A stretch of 63,253 nt of DNA, filler included, from Choristocarpus tenellus KU-1152 (Eukaryota > Protista > Phaeophyceae): assembly GCA_964200185.2 (NCBI GenBank). It is 11 parts of 11 records of this genome, joined end to end, with 100 filler letters (N's around TTAATTAATTAA, not from the genome) between each part and the next. Parts side by side here need not be neighbours in the genome. Positions count along the whole stretch, not along the records: positions 1 to 19,298 come from CAXNAD020000475.1; 10 more parts are not named here. The stretch is one strand, 5' to 3'. The stretch's first letter is position 1. Each line of letters starts with the position of its first letter. The position numbers and the translations under genes were made by a program. Under the pieces are notes generated by a model, which was not told the DNA's origin, did not search any database, and was given only the letters and a program-made list of their open reading frames with translations. Of the stretch, positions 1 through 12,878 are shown in pieces.

Positions 1-2074
1 CCGAAACGGACACCCCCTCACAAACCACCTCCCCCCCCAAGATACTTATATTTTCCCCTTCCCAGCTTCGTAGAACTCTTTACAGGGCTTAAGGAATTAA
101 CATGGTGAGCAACACTTATCATATGTGCGAAACAGTAGTTGTGATGATTACTGGATCAGACAACACACATAAAATCCATACGCTTGTTGGAAGTACTCCA
201 AATAGTTGTGTATTGATAAACAATAGAGACAGTCGGTGGACAGTGCATAATGACCCCTGTTGTAGTATGTGTGGAGGTTTCGACTGTATGTAGCCACTTC
301 AGAGTATAGAACAGTCTAATTTCCATTAGCAAGCACGCGTTACATAGTGGTCTAGGCAAAAAGTGTCGGTTGCCTGGGTCCATTACATAGCATGCGTAAC
401 ACATTGTTTGGAACCTTTGGAAATGGAAAAATTAGAACCAAAAACTACTCGTAACTGGTCGAAATAAAACAAAATTCATGCGTCATGATTTTTAATTAGC
501 TGCTTTGTGCAAGTATGATACGAGGACTTCAGACAGAGAAGGGGATTGACTTGTGGAAGGTGATCGCCTGGGTAGGTCCAATGGAAAAAAACACACTTCA
601 GAGTACTCTCTAGATTTCATACTATTATTGGCTTTTCTAGAACTCAGCACCCAGCACCCATCAAATATTTTCAAGTTGAAATCACCTGATATTGATCGCC
701 ATCCCCCCTCCCCAACAATAACTTGGAAGTATCATTTTCTTCCTGTTATTGACAGGTCACTAAATCTGGTATATGATAGATGGACGATCATCTTGAAAAT
801 AATGATCAGCTCACTACCTGCAGGATGAAGTGCAAAGTAGTACTCCATCCAATACAATCTGAAGTTGGAAGTGGCAAGAATAAGTGCAAAACGAAAGGAA
901 ATTCAAAGAACAATGGAAACAATATCCAGCGCCGCCACAATGAACCGAATTGTGAAAATCTATATCAATAAAGGTATCCTGTGGGTTGATATTACAACCA
1001 GGCACGCCAACACAACAATATGGTTTGACCGTGCGTAAATGTTTGGTAGAACAAAACCATACATATCCAAAGCACAAAGACTCTACACCATCGCTTCAAT
1101 CTGTAAGTCATCCGTCGTGTCCTGAATGTTGATCGACATTGGATTTCATAGCGATGCTGTATCTCGAAGCTCCTCGTCATACAAGGTGTCAAAGAGCACC
1201 CTCCAGTCCTCCTCATTCCTAAGAAAAAGTTGACATACATAAGAGCAAGTGTTAATATTGAGAAGACAGTGACCAAGACATGGCGAAGGCAACGATTCCA
1301 AGCACATCACTGTAGGATATTTTTACTGCACTCATGGCAACACTATGCAATAAACAATGTAGAGGTGAGAAACTACCTCCAAGAACACCTAAATTACCCG
1401 GGTTGCTTTCCGCCAGCAATAGATCTTCAAATCAGATCAAGTTGGTCAAAAAATATGACACAATGGTGGACCATGTGATGAACACTGCATTTTGGGATGA
1501 GGCGATCAAATGTACACTATAGTAGTGGTGCACTTATTTCAATGTGATGAGATCCACAATGAAAAAAATGCAAATGGTCAAGGCACTCAACGTTGCACAC
1601 CTTACAGATATCCCAGAATTTCCTCCTCCAAGCTCTCAGTCATCAAGCCATTGTAGACAAAGTGACATCGAAGTATGTGAGTTTCTACGCCACACATTCC
1701 TCGTCCCTTTAATTGCTACAATATCAACTTCGAAAAAACATCAGAAAAAGACAGAATGAAAGACAGCTCCCGGACCTGGGCAGTCCAACAGGTTCTGGAA
1801 TGTTGCCATTTTTGAAGTAATCATCATCGTCACTGGAGTCATCACATAGTTCATCCATGCTCTTGCCATCTATGAATGGGTCCTATTGGCGCAGAGTGTG
1901 AGGCAAAGAAGGACATTAGAACTACTACAGGAAATAATATATTATAATCAATACTCAAGTATATATGTAGAGAGACCAATACTTGTGCATTTTGAGTTAA
2001 TCAAGAGTGCCCTCAATATTGGAGTTGTGAGAGAAAAATGCTGTGATGACATGCATGTGTCCGATTGCAATTAC

Positions 2075-2332
2075 GAGCCAACGTATCTTAGAGGGAAGGG
2101 CCGCGTCCATTTGTGGGTCAAACTCCAATGTTGCGATTTCGATATAGTTTTGGCTATCGTGTTTGTTAGGAAGTGTCAATATCCTTGTTCCAGGCACACC
2201 TTTTCATAGCGTGTACACTTTACCTACTCCAAAACATTTTGGAGTAGGAAAACGTCATAAAAAACCCCATAGGAAGCCAAGCCCAAATGGACAAACAGGG
2301 CAATACTCGTACCCTCTAAGATACTTTCACTC
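2075..2332 (+). mobile_element. MITE family A (Sola2-like non-autonomous element), copy 1
   Basis: GAGCCAACGTATCTTAGAGGG...TACCCTCTAAGATACTTTCACTC, flanked by a TTAC direct repeat (2071-2074 and 2333-2336). Confidence 0.93.
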
Positions 2333-2869
2333 TTACAGGAGGCTAAATAGCAGTGTTGTGTTGTCCACTGGGCAGGGCAACAAGCCTTTCGTGGTGCAGA
2401 CTAAGACAAGTCTTCATCTGCAACAACATAGAGCGGTTCCAACATACTTGTAAATCACTTCGTGACTACTACTAAATACTGAGATTAAACCGCACTTGAC
2501 TTGTGAAAGAAATCGCAACAAGCAGTAGTAGTAGAGTACTTAGAATAGTAGTCAGAGTAGTTTTATATATTTGAAGGCTTCTCGAGCTATTTGATTCTTT
2601 CTATAACTACGTCTCACTCGGGTTGTGATTTGCTAGTACTGCACCAATACCTTTGGGATGTGTCAACACACGTGGCGCATGCAGGCCTACATTATAAGGA
2701 AGCACTCTGCTCTTAACTTTGAATATTATGGCAGGTTTTCAGTAAAAGGTCCTCTAGTACTACGCTTTGCATGAAGTATCAGTTGTGGACAAACAACGTC
2801 AACAGATTTCAATCACGGATCAACTATTGATGCTAGACCCTACACTTCGACCGCTCCAACCTTGGCAGC

Positions 2870-4799
2870 TTACACAGGGAACAAAATAGGACCATGCAGT
2901 GGCTTAACAGGCATTTTCGTTGTACCCACACTCACCTTCTTTGCATCTATTGCCTTCTTCGCATCACCTTCACTGATGGTAGGTTGAGTGCGAAAACTAC
3001 CTGCCCAAGATGCTAACCTAAACCTCTGACACCCACTAGTTGCAGCAATCCATGCACCAAGAAGGGCCAGGACCCCCCCCGCTGTAACTACCACTGTTGC
3101 GATAAGGAAGATGGAGGAACTGTGGATCTCAGTCTGATGAGGCTGGAATATGGGTGTGTGAGCAGTACTTTGGGGAGTGAACAGGAGAGGGTCCAGAAGC
3201 GAGGAATATTCCCCACAATCTTCCTGGCTGCTGACCAAAGTTGGCATGTGAACAGCAGGAAGAAGATTTATTGTGCCAATCGTGAGATCTTGATTTGTCC
3301 GTGTTGTATGTCCTGACTCCTGAGATTGCATCGATGGGCCAACTTTTATTTTGTTTTGACGTCAGCATTATTGGTGTCAGGGGATTACTGCTTTACGTCT
3401 CCGGTGATTCTTGCGCTCAGTATCTAGATGTATAGGCTAAGAGATAGTTATGTGGAAGACAGGGTGCATGGCCTTTTTTGTAGCAAATTCAGTAGTACAT
3501 AATTTTCCTTTAAAAGACCGCGACAAGAGGAGTATGTAGACTTCTGTGGTAAATCAGTTTGGCTCACGCACAGTTCCATTGTTGTGTACTCTCTACTTAT
3601 TGGGAACAGAGTATGTCACTACTTTGTTTCTATTGAAGGCTCGATTGGAGTCCATGTCTGTCAGTTCAATGCATTTTTGTAAGCACTATTTCACCAATAT
3701 CTTTGGCAGGAACTCCATACGGCATCCTCACCTCAATGGTTTGATCAGAGATTAATAATAACAGTGCCTTACTATACCTGTTCTACTTCGAAGTGCAGTG
3801 TTGGTGGTACTGGAAGAAAGGCCACCCAAGCTTCTGGATCAAGTCCCCGTTTCCCTATCCCATGTTCACTTCTTGCACTCTCCTCTTCTACATCGTCATC
3901 CACGTGAACCCCCCTTCCTCCACTGCAGGCTGACAGAGTGAGGGAGAAAAGCCCATTTCCATTTATGGACAGAGTGTTAAACTGTCGCAAGTGAACCACC
4001 TCTGAGAAGACCACCACTGAAGGGCAGGGCAGGTGAGGTGTATGAACATCTGTATTCAGCGATGATACACCTCCTTCTGTCGTGTCACGACATCATTGGA
4101 TTGTGGGGTTGCAATTGGGGATATGGAATTGTGTGAAGCAACTGTAAATATAATAGAGGATAACACTAGGGTAAGAAGACTAAACAAGATAACTCATACA
4201 CACAGATTTGCTACTTATCATATGACAAGGATATTAACTGTGTCCTCGAACGAGTTTGTGGCTAGGACACTATCCTGGTATGTTGCCACTAGAGATATTC
4301 TGGAATTGCGGTTTTAACGTGTACATAGCAAACCCAACCATGGGTAAAGTCGTGTGTCGGCGATACCGAGTTAATGGGGAAGGACGTTTGGGAAACTGAT
4401 ATGGCATCTCAATGGTTGGGGCAGTGCATTCAGGCAACATTTGTGGGAGGAATTTATTACCAGCAGGAAAAGAAGATGACACTACTTAGTACCCAATCCA
4501 GAAAATAAATTTGGATTAGCCACGTGTACCTATCAACGTTTCAAAAAATCATACGAATGTATTCCCAAGGATCTTCAGTTTGCTAGTTTCGTAAAGACCC
4601 AGCAAGCACAGATGAACGAGAGTGAGTAAATTTGGACTCACTACTGGGGAGATTTGGTGCAGTAATATCAAGGACACTGATCTCTATGGCAACAAGTCAC
4701 AGTACGACTCTGCTGGCATTACACACCTGTCGTGAGAACCCTGTCTTTTGCCCGTTCATTGGGACTGGGCTCATAGCAACGAATCTTCTTTACGAGCAC
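2870..4799 (-). pseudogene. Fragments of an unidentified minus-strand gene, possibly decayed
   Basis: Exon-like segments at about 4799-4727 and 4076-3778 join in phase, and ORF 2870-3331 has one hydrophobic helix. Adjacent segments contain stops. Confidence 0.3.
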
Positions 4800-7237
4800 C
4801 TGGAGAAATGAGTGAATGCATGTCAGTCGTACTGGCTTCAATAGGCCAAAGACCAAAAATGCCAACTTGACGCCACGCAACACACTCTCTCCCCATATAA
4901 TGCGCTTCAAATCAACAGGAATTTGTCGCGTTATTCGCTTCCTTAGAAACCCCCCTGTTTGTAGTAGGTCTCTTGACTATTTACAAAGGGAAGGGGGTGC
5001 GACAATATGTGTGTATCCGCGTAGAAGCATCACATTTCGATATGGAAAGTACTAACAAAGTGTTCGTACCATAACATACTGCAAGTTGACTATGATTTTG
5101 GTTGATCTGTGTCCATTCTGCGATCTACTGTTTATTCAACGTCACTAGGGTTGTGTAGACCAAACCATCCCGTATGCAGTGTGCAACTACTAGAAGGACT
5201 CGTGTACCTACACTCTCATTGAGCAACTATGCACGTCTCCCAGTGTATTGGGACAATGCAAATCCTTAGATGAAGTGACAACCCACATCGTCATCAACTA
5301 GGCCTTACCTGACAATGCGGTGTCAGTAAATGGCTGCTGATGCCACTCCATTCTCGGTTGAGAAGGGTATCTGTAACTTCTTGCACAGGCCAAGTTACCT
5401 TGAACAACCGTGTGGTCATCCTTTCGACAGGGTTGCTTAGACGTTGTGTGATCGTGTCCTCTCAGTTTAGGCTTTGATACAGTACGCCTGTTCAAACCTA
5501 GTCTCAACAACTGCTGTGCACAGTCTCCACTGCGTGGTGCACCCGCTAGAATGTCTGCCCGAACTGACCTTTGTAGAAGAGATGCTTAAAAGAGGACTTG
5601 AGTACTAGCAGGTCAAACATGAGACGGTATTGATCGTCAGGAATATCGATTCCACTTTGCTTTCTTGCAGGTTGTAGCAGCGTAGCTTTTTGGGAGAAAT
5701 GCCTGACATCAAAAATCAGTTCACCACAGAGGAATAAAATCAACTCCTTTGCTACTATTAACACATTTTAACACAGAACGCCGTCGGTTCACGCCTCAAG
5801 GCAGCCAACCTATACTAGTGAAGGTGTAAGGTACAAGCCGTGAGCACTCTATCAAGAGGAGAGGTGTGCGATGAAATGTCGTCGAGTGTTGTGTACACCA
5901 GTTTTAATGTGTCAGTCGTACTCCATTTCCCTACAAATTCTCCGTTTTCTCGCTACTTCTTTATTGTCAGTAGGTTCCTACACAGTTCGATGACATAAAA
6001 ATCTCCGACCAGAATCTGTAAGTTTTGTTGCCTGCCCCTCAAGAGTGTCCTCCAGCCTAACTCATACAGTGCTTTTCATAGATCCATCGCAAATATTAGA
6101 GGAGACACCAGGTAAATGTCTACCCCTTTCATCATCGGTGGTTCTCCGAACAACGGAAGGTCCCCACCTTGGCCTGTCAGGTCCTTATAATCGCACTGTG
6201 CCGAATTCTTGGTATGGTTTATCACAAATCTGTCTTGCTTCGACTTGGCAAGCAATAACTGCAAGCGCAGCTACTATACGTCCCTGGGTGAGTAGACGGC
6301 AAAGAAAGCTTCTCCACCCTATGACCACCCCCTCACTCCTTCTTAGGCTCACAAGATGGCACTGCAAATTCGCTACACAATATCTCTTGATAATGTCTTC
6401 ACCTAACTTCAGACGATACGTTCAAATAGTAAAAAAAAAGTAGACCAAATGATGAATACTCACTATACTTGTTAGTTGTATACCCTCGATTTTTTTTTCT
6501 TGTGACGAAAACAAGGGTGTAACAGGACGTATTCCGTTCACAAGTTTTTACTGGGCGAAATCACTTACATGGGGGTGGCATTTCGCTCCATAACTTGTCT
6601 ATTGGCGGTGGTGACGAGTTAGCTAGAGGTCTGGCAAATCGCAGGTGAACACCAGACAGAGTGCTGTGTCACGACCATAAATTTGTGTTCAAACGAATGA
6701 GCAATTTTGTTCGTTCTTTTAGAACACAGTAGAGCGAATCATATCTTACGTCTAATGTTGTAGAGACATTTGGACTACTGCGTCGCCTGTACATAGCATG
6801 AAATGCGTTCGCGCGGTAATGCCAAGTCGTGGAAAAGTCTATTGAATCACCGAGATGATAACGACAGAAGAGATGCTAAACATGTAGTACACAATTTATA
6901 GTATTATGGGTAAGCGTTGCAGCAAGTATTTGTGATATGGAATGATTAGGTTACTGCTGTCTCCTTGCAACCGCATACATTTATTCGTTCGATATTCCTT
7001 CAAAACAACAATTAGGCACTGCTTTGTCTAGTCGATAAATGCGATTCGAACTGCGCTGTACTTGCAACACCATATATCCTGAGAATATTCGCTCATGCGA
7101 TGAGGACTCGACACGCAACGAATACGAAAGACGATCATACTCTATCTCAAACCTTTTGGAGCATACTTGCAGTAGTCACAAAGAGTTCCCATCCTTGACT
7201 TGACTGCTCCTTACTGCATACGGGGAGATCCATTCAG

Positions 7238-10200
7238 GTCGGCAAAAACAAAAGTGCAGTGCATTGTAGGATGCCACTTCAGGCAGACCATATCATTCGA
7301 CCTGCTGGAGAGGCTGGCCAAGGAGAAAGCGGGGGCTTTCGAGACGGTGCTTCTGGAGAAGGGGATCGCGGACGGGGGGGTGGAGTGTCACTTAGCGAGC
7401 GAATTGAACAGCTGGACCATCAAACCAACGAGTGCTGGGCGCGTGTGGAAGAGCTGGAAGGGGAAGAAGAACAGCTATCTCGGAGGCTTGTAGGGCTGGA
7501 GAAGATTGACCGCCAGAGAAGGATTGAGGTAGATTAAGAACATTAGGGTTGTCCATGGAGGTGTTATTATTATTAGAAGCGCATTAGGATAGGTGGCGTT
7601 CGAACGTATAAACCGCAGTAGAAGATATGGAAATAAAGCTTTCCCTATAGAGTCTACGTGGTTCCTTCGTTCCATGTACACGAAGGTAACGACCGTTTGT
7701 TGTGTTCTACGATATAATACAACTATTGCCCACTAGAAAATGCAATAATATATGAGGTCGAGGCAACATATACATGTATCAAATGCCAGGTGCAGTGGTG
7801 TAAAGATCCCCTGTCCATAGTGAACATATTGCATATTACTTGTGTCATCTGGGGTATGCTGCTGACGACTACAAGAAGAATTTGGGAGTTTTTTTCTGTG
7901 ACCATCCTCGACCATCAGACTAACACCATTCGATAAAAGGTCAACACTATGTGCAATAAACTCTACACATTCCTCAAGATATTTCGTGGTAATATATACT
8001 CCAGAGTTTTTGTGTCTGAAACCCCAATGTCTCGCTTCTCAAGCACAGCACTTGGAGCGAGGAGTTAGCACACAAGCGAATACATACGCTACTTAAGATA
8101 TTGGCATAATGATCGTTTCTTCACATTGCCTTGAGTATTGTATATCCATTCAGTTATCAGTAATCCTACACGGACGACAATCCAAATACCAAGAGCTGTG
8201 TCCAGGGATAACTGTCAAAATTGAGTGAAGAGTCAAAGTATTTTAGAGGGTAGAGCCGCGCTCGTTTGGGGGTTAAAATCCAATGTTGCGATTTTGATGT
8301 AATTTTGGCTATTGTGTTAGGAAGTGTCAATATCCTTGTTCCGGACACCATCTATCATAACATACACATTTTACCTAATCTGAAACATTTTGAAGTTGGA
8401 AATGTCATTAAATAACCTACGGGAAGCCAAGCCCCAAATGGACAAACATGGCAAAACTTGTACCCTTCAAGATACTTTCATTCTGAAGAGTACACAACAG
8501 ACTGTTCAGGAAACCTTGCCCGCATTCTACAGACCTTCCGTTCTTCTCTTGGGTCCCTTACACCCTTACAGCCTCTGACCCTTGTACAACACCCTACCCT
8601 TCACCACTTCCATTGGTATGAAACACATTGATGAAGTTGTTGAAACTTGAGCAAGCGTGCAAAACTGCAGAAATCGCTATTGTGATAGCCGAGGAGGAGA
8701 CAGCAACCCTGGACGCCAGGTCTCAGTGCCTCATTGACAAGCAGGAACGAGCAGAGCAAAAGGAGAGTTCTGCAGTCGAAGGAGGAAGCAAGCAGGCGAG
8801 GTAATCAGGTCTGGCTGAGCTTTGAAAAATTGAGACCCTCTTCATTTTGGAAGCAAGTTTGGCCCCAACAAAGTATACGTGCAGCGAACAACCCTTAATC
8901 AAGAGCACGTATTGTGAAGCTTCTCCCTCGCTACCAGAGTATGCACTATAACCTACTCCTTTCTCTACGCCCTTACACCTGTCCATCCACCTATCAACCT
9001 GCCAACCTATCCATCCATTCAACCATCTAGGCCGAGGTTTTCACTTATGTATAATATCAAGATACTTATCAGTTATGTGAAAAAAATGCCCCTTAGATCA
9101 GGGATGGTCGATATTATACAAAAAACATTTTGCACACAGAGAACGACCGACTGCTCCTCTAGTGCATGTCACGTTGAGTTTAGATGATGCATCATGTATT
9201 CTCTCCTGCTCCCTTATTTATAATTAAACCCATCCAAGCATCTATCCACCCTCTCCTGTCCAATACAATGAGCCAAAGTGTGTTAGAGTGGGACCCTCTT
9301 GAGTGTAAGGGGCTTCATAGCATCTAACACCAAAAACACCTCTATTCCCATACCCAAAATAAAGCTAACCCCGGTCAGGAAGATACGGCCATAGAAGGAG
9401 ATGAATGTTCGTCCATGTAAGCACAAGATTGGAGCCAATGTATCTTAGAGGGTAGAGCCAAGTCTATTTGAGGACCAAAATCCAATAGTGCGATTTTGAT
9501 GTAATCTTGGCTATCGTGTTTGTTAGGAAGTGCCAATATCCTTGTTCTGGACACACCTTTTATAATGCATACAATTTGCCTACTCCGAAATATTTTGGAG
9601 TAGGAAAATGTCATAGAAAACCTCGAGGGAAGTCAATCCAGAAATGGACAATCAGGTCAAAACTCGTACCATCTAACGCACTTTCACTCTCGCCCTCCAG
9701 AGTGCTAGGAGCACGTGTACCAATAAGGCACTCATGGACACCCCAATAGATTCAACAGTACTCCTCTAGGATACTGTATTCCAACAATACAATAAACACA
9801 ATTGCGCGTGCAATCGCATGCAACATATTTTCGAGTCCAATGCATATGTTTTTTAATGCACATGAGAGATATACCGACTGGCATATGCGATCTTTACTCA
9901 GGCACAATATTGCTAGGCATTAAGATGGTTGCCCCTAAAAGAAGAATTCAGGTCCATATTGTTGCCTCCAAAGGTTCCAGCAGTTGCCATACACACCTCT
10001 GCGATCCACCCTTCCTACCCAATCAATACATGTCAACATCGTTAAGAGTGGCCACACTTGACGACAGCCTTGAGGAGTTGGCCGCACACCGCCAGAAAAG
10101 GCTTCGATTTATAGCCTGGCTGGATGAAGAAGAGACCAAGGCCAAGCGTGACATAGCCAGAGCTGCACAACCTGCAGCTGAGCTGAGGTAAATGACATGA

Positions 10201-12878
10201 TACCAATGGTGTCAACATACTCTTTTTGATATTTTTTGGTACACTAATGAAATGTTGTGGTTACTGGGGTTGCAACATATGCAGCTCTAAATACACAAGG
10301 AACCTATTGGCATGGTACTACATAGTAGTAGTAACAGCGATATAACTGCTGCAACCTCTGGAGCAGGAAACGCAAGACTTGGTTACTCTATCTGTACACC
10401 CTGTCTAGTTCTAGAACGAGCGAAAAAATCCACCACTGAGAGAGCTAACGGTATACTAGTTCTACACGTGTAGAACTATCGCCTGTCCCACACAAATAAT
10501 ATTTCTCAATATATTCGGACACCACCAATGTATCAGCGGATGCTACTTTACAATTGTGGAGTGATAACTCAAGAGTCTATCGTATTTGTCATTACATTGC
10601 TGTTGAATCAATTTTGTCCCTCTCTGCCTGCTCATACCATACATGGTGCTGGTACGTATATATGTACTTCAAAGTGTTTGTGTGCCTGAACTCGTACCAT
10701 GCGAATAGTGTGGCCCAAGATTCCTGCCTACTAACTGAAGTGGTCTAGTTGCACTCGATAATGTGGTGTACTTCTTCGCACATATGCTGGAGTACTGCCC
10801 ACACACACAGCCCTTCAAACCCGAGAGCCAAAAAAATACTTTGTTTTATGTATGTACCCTGCCTATCTTATCTCTAACATTTGCTTAGTCGCCCCCCAGA
10901 CTTGGCTATATGGTCTGTGTAGAGGTAGGGATCCTGACCCTAGCTTCTGGAGGGTTGTGATACTTGTTGGATCCCATGCTTAAGCAGGCGGCAAGTCAAG
11001 GCACAGAATACAGAGATAACATCCCTGGAGCAGGAGATATCGCAGGCCAGGGAGAAGCGGATGGAGATGGAGGGGGCAGAAGAGGTGAGACAGTGATGGA
11101 GAGCTTGTGGATTTGGTATGGAGCCAACCCAATTGAGAGAACGAAAGTATCTTAGAGGGTACGAGTATTGCGCTGTTTGTCCGTTTGGGGCTTGGCTTCC
11201 CACAAGTTTTTTTTAATGACATTTTCCTATTTTGGAGTAGGTGATATATATACGTAATGAAAAGTTGTGTACTGGACAAGGATATTCACACTTCCGAACA
11301 AACACGAAATAGCCCAAAATTACATCAAAATCGCAACATTGGATATTATAGACTCCAACGGACGCCGCTTTACCCTCTAAGATACATTGACCTAGAGTTA
11401 GGCAGGTTTGTGGATCCTTTTGCATTCTATATCATATTTTCTTTCCTTGTGCAATACGTTTTATTTCAATGCTTTATGTGCAACATAGTGTACGCAAAAT
11501 TAATATTCCCCCTTTCCACACACGAAGTGACAATACAATTAAGCCGCCACAATTAAGCCGAGACTATTTATGTAATTGTACAAAATGGCGTATTTTTTCT
11601 CTTTCTCGGGATCCCTAAAATGTAACCCTTCCTACCTCTCGATTGGTTTGGCTCATGGCTGAGTAAGGAATGCCACGAACGAGTTTCAACGTGAAAAAGA
11701 GCTCGACATGCTTCTATGTGTTGGAGTCCTGTCTATGAACAAATACACGCTCTGAATAATTTAACAGGTGATTATACACACAAATATTATAAACAGCCAA
11801 AATAAACGAGAGGTACACAGGTTTTGACCGTTTTGCCTGTAAGTCATTCTTTCAATCTCTTGCAATTGGACCACATTTCTATAGATAATGTGCTGAGTTT
11901 AAGCTGAGAGCGTTGACTTCTCTATTTTCTGAGACATTTTGGCACAATTCAGCAAATTTTCAGTACGCGTTTGTTCAAAAGGTTCGATTTTGAACTTTCT
12001 GTTTCTGTCAGAATCCTTCAAATGCAACTCTGGATTCCTCTCGTTTATTTGACTAAAAAATAATGCTTTTCACGTCTACATCCGGAAATAACATGTTGGA
12101 CAGATGGAGACTGTGCTCACCCGGATGAAGCATATTGGGGATGATCTTGCACTAAGATTGGAAGACGGTCAGAAACAAATCGAAGCTATGGCACAAACCT
12201 TAGCTCAGGTAAAGCAGCACAGAAAACAACAGATTCAGAATGCTGACAGAGATGCAAATACTGCAACACAGGATATCCACAAGGGTATGTCTTTAGATCA
12301 CACCCTAATAATGTATCCAAAGGTTGCTTCCTGCTTAGTTGCAATTCACGGGTAACACACAGTTATTTGCGGAAGTTGGTAGGGACGAATGGAGAGGCAC
12401 TGATAAATTTGCTACCTGATCCATATATCATTTTTTCAATATGAAGCACAAACAGGAATTACTTCAGGTCTGTTGTTGGAGTTTCTTAGTACAAGCATGA
12501 AATCGCACGACATATTCATATCGTGTTAGGTTGGTCGTGTGAAGTGTCATAAAATGGGCAATTGCACTATAATATGTGTCGAACAATTCTGTTGAGCTCT
12601 CGTCACTATTAGATCAAGGTTATCTCAGTGTGGAGGCTCCGTGCCCCTTTCTCTCTTCAATACTTTCTGTCTAAAAATAGGGACCAGAGAAGCACCTAAT
12701 AGAGGAAGAGGAGCAGAGCCTGCAACTCGTGGAAAGCATTGCAAAGGCAAAGGCACATCTTGGGTACAGATATGGCAAGGGACCCGAAGCAGAGCGACAG
12801 GGACAGGAGAGAGGGTGCCAAACTTACCCTCAAAAGCTGCCCAGCCATCAGCAGAAGGAGGATTCGTGGCCGCAATAG
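7238..12878 (+). CDS. Multi-exon coiled-coil protein of unknown function (exons 7238-7528, 8637-8800, 10047-10187, 10988-11084, 12104-about 12208, probable last exon about 12682-12878)
   Basis: GT-AG bounded segments with mutually consistent phases (0,2,2,0) encoding E/Q/R/K-rich helices, e.g. LSERIEQLDHQTNECWARVEELEGEEEQL and RQVKAQNTEITSLEQEISQAREKRMEME. The 5' end and last junction are uncertain. Confidence 0.65.
8230..8483 (+). mobile_element. MITE family A, copy 2 (intronic)
   Basis: Same internal sequence and TIRs; TGAA 4-bp TSD on both sides. Confidence 0.93.
9432..9689 (+). mobile_element. MITE family A, copy 3 (intronic)
   Basis: Full-length match to the other copies; no matching TSD (ATTG vs TCGC). 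Confidence 0.9.
11139..11393 (-). mobile_element. MITE family A, copy 4 (intronic, reverse)
   Basis: Reverse complement of the consensus; termini eroded and TSD unclear. Confidence 0.88.
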
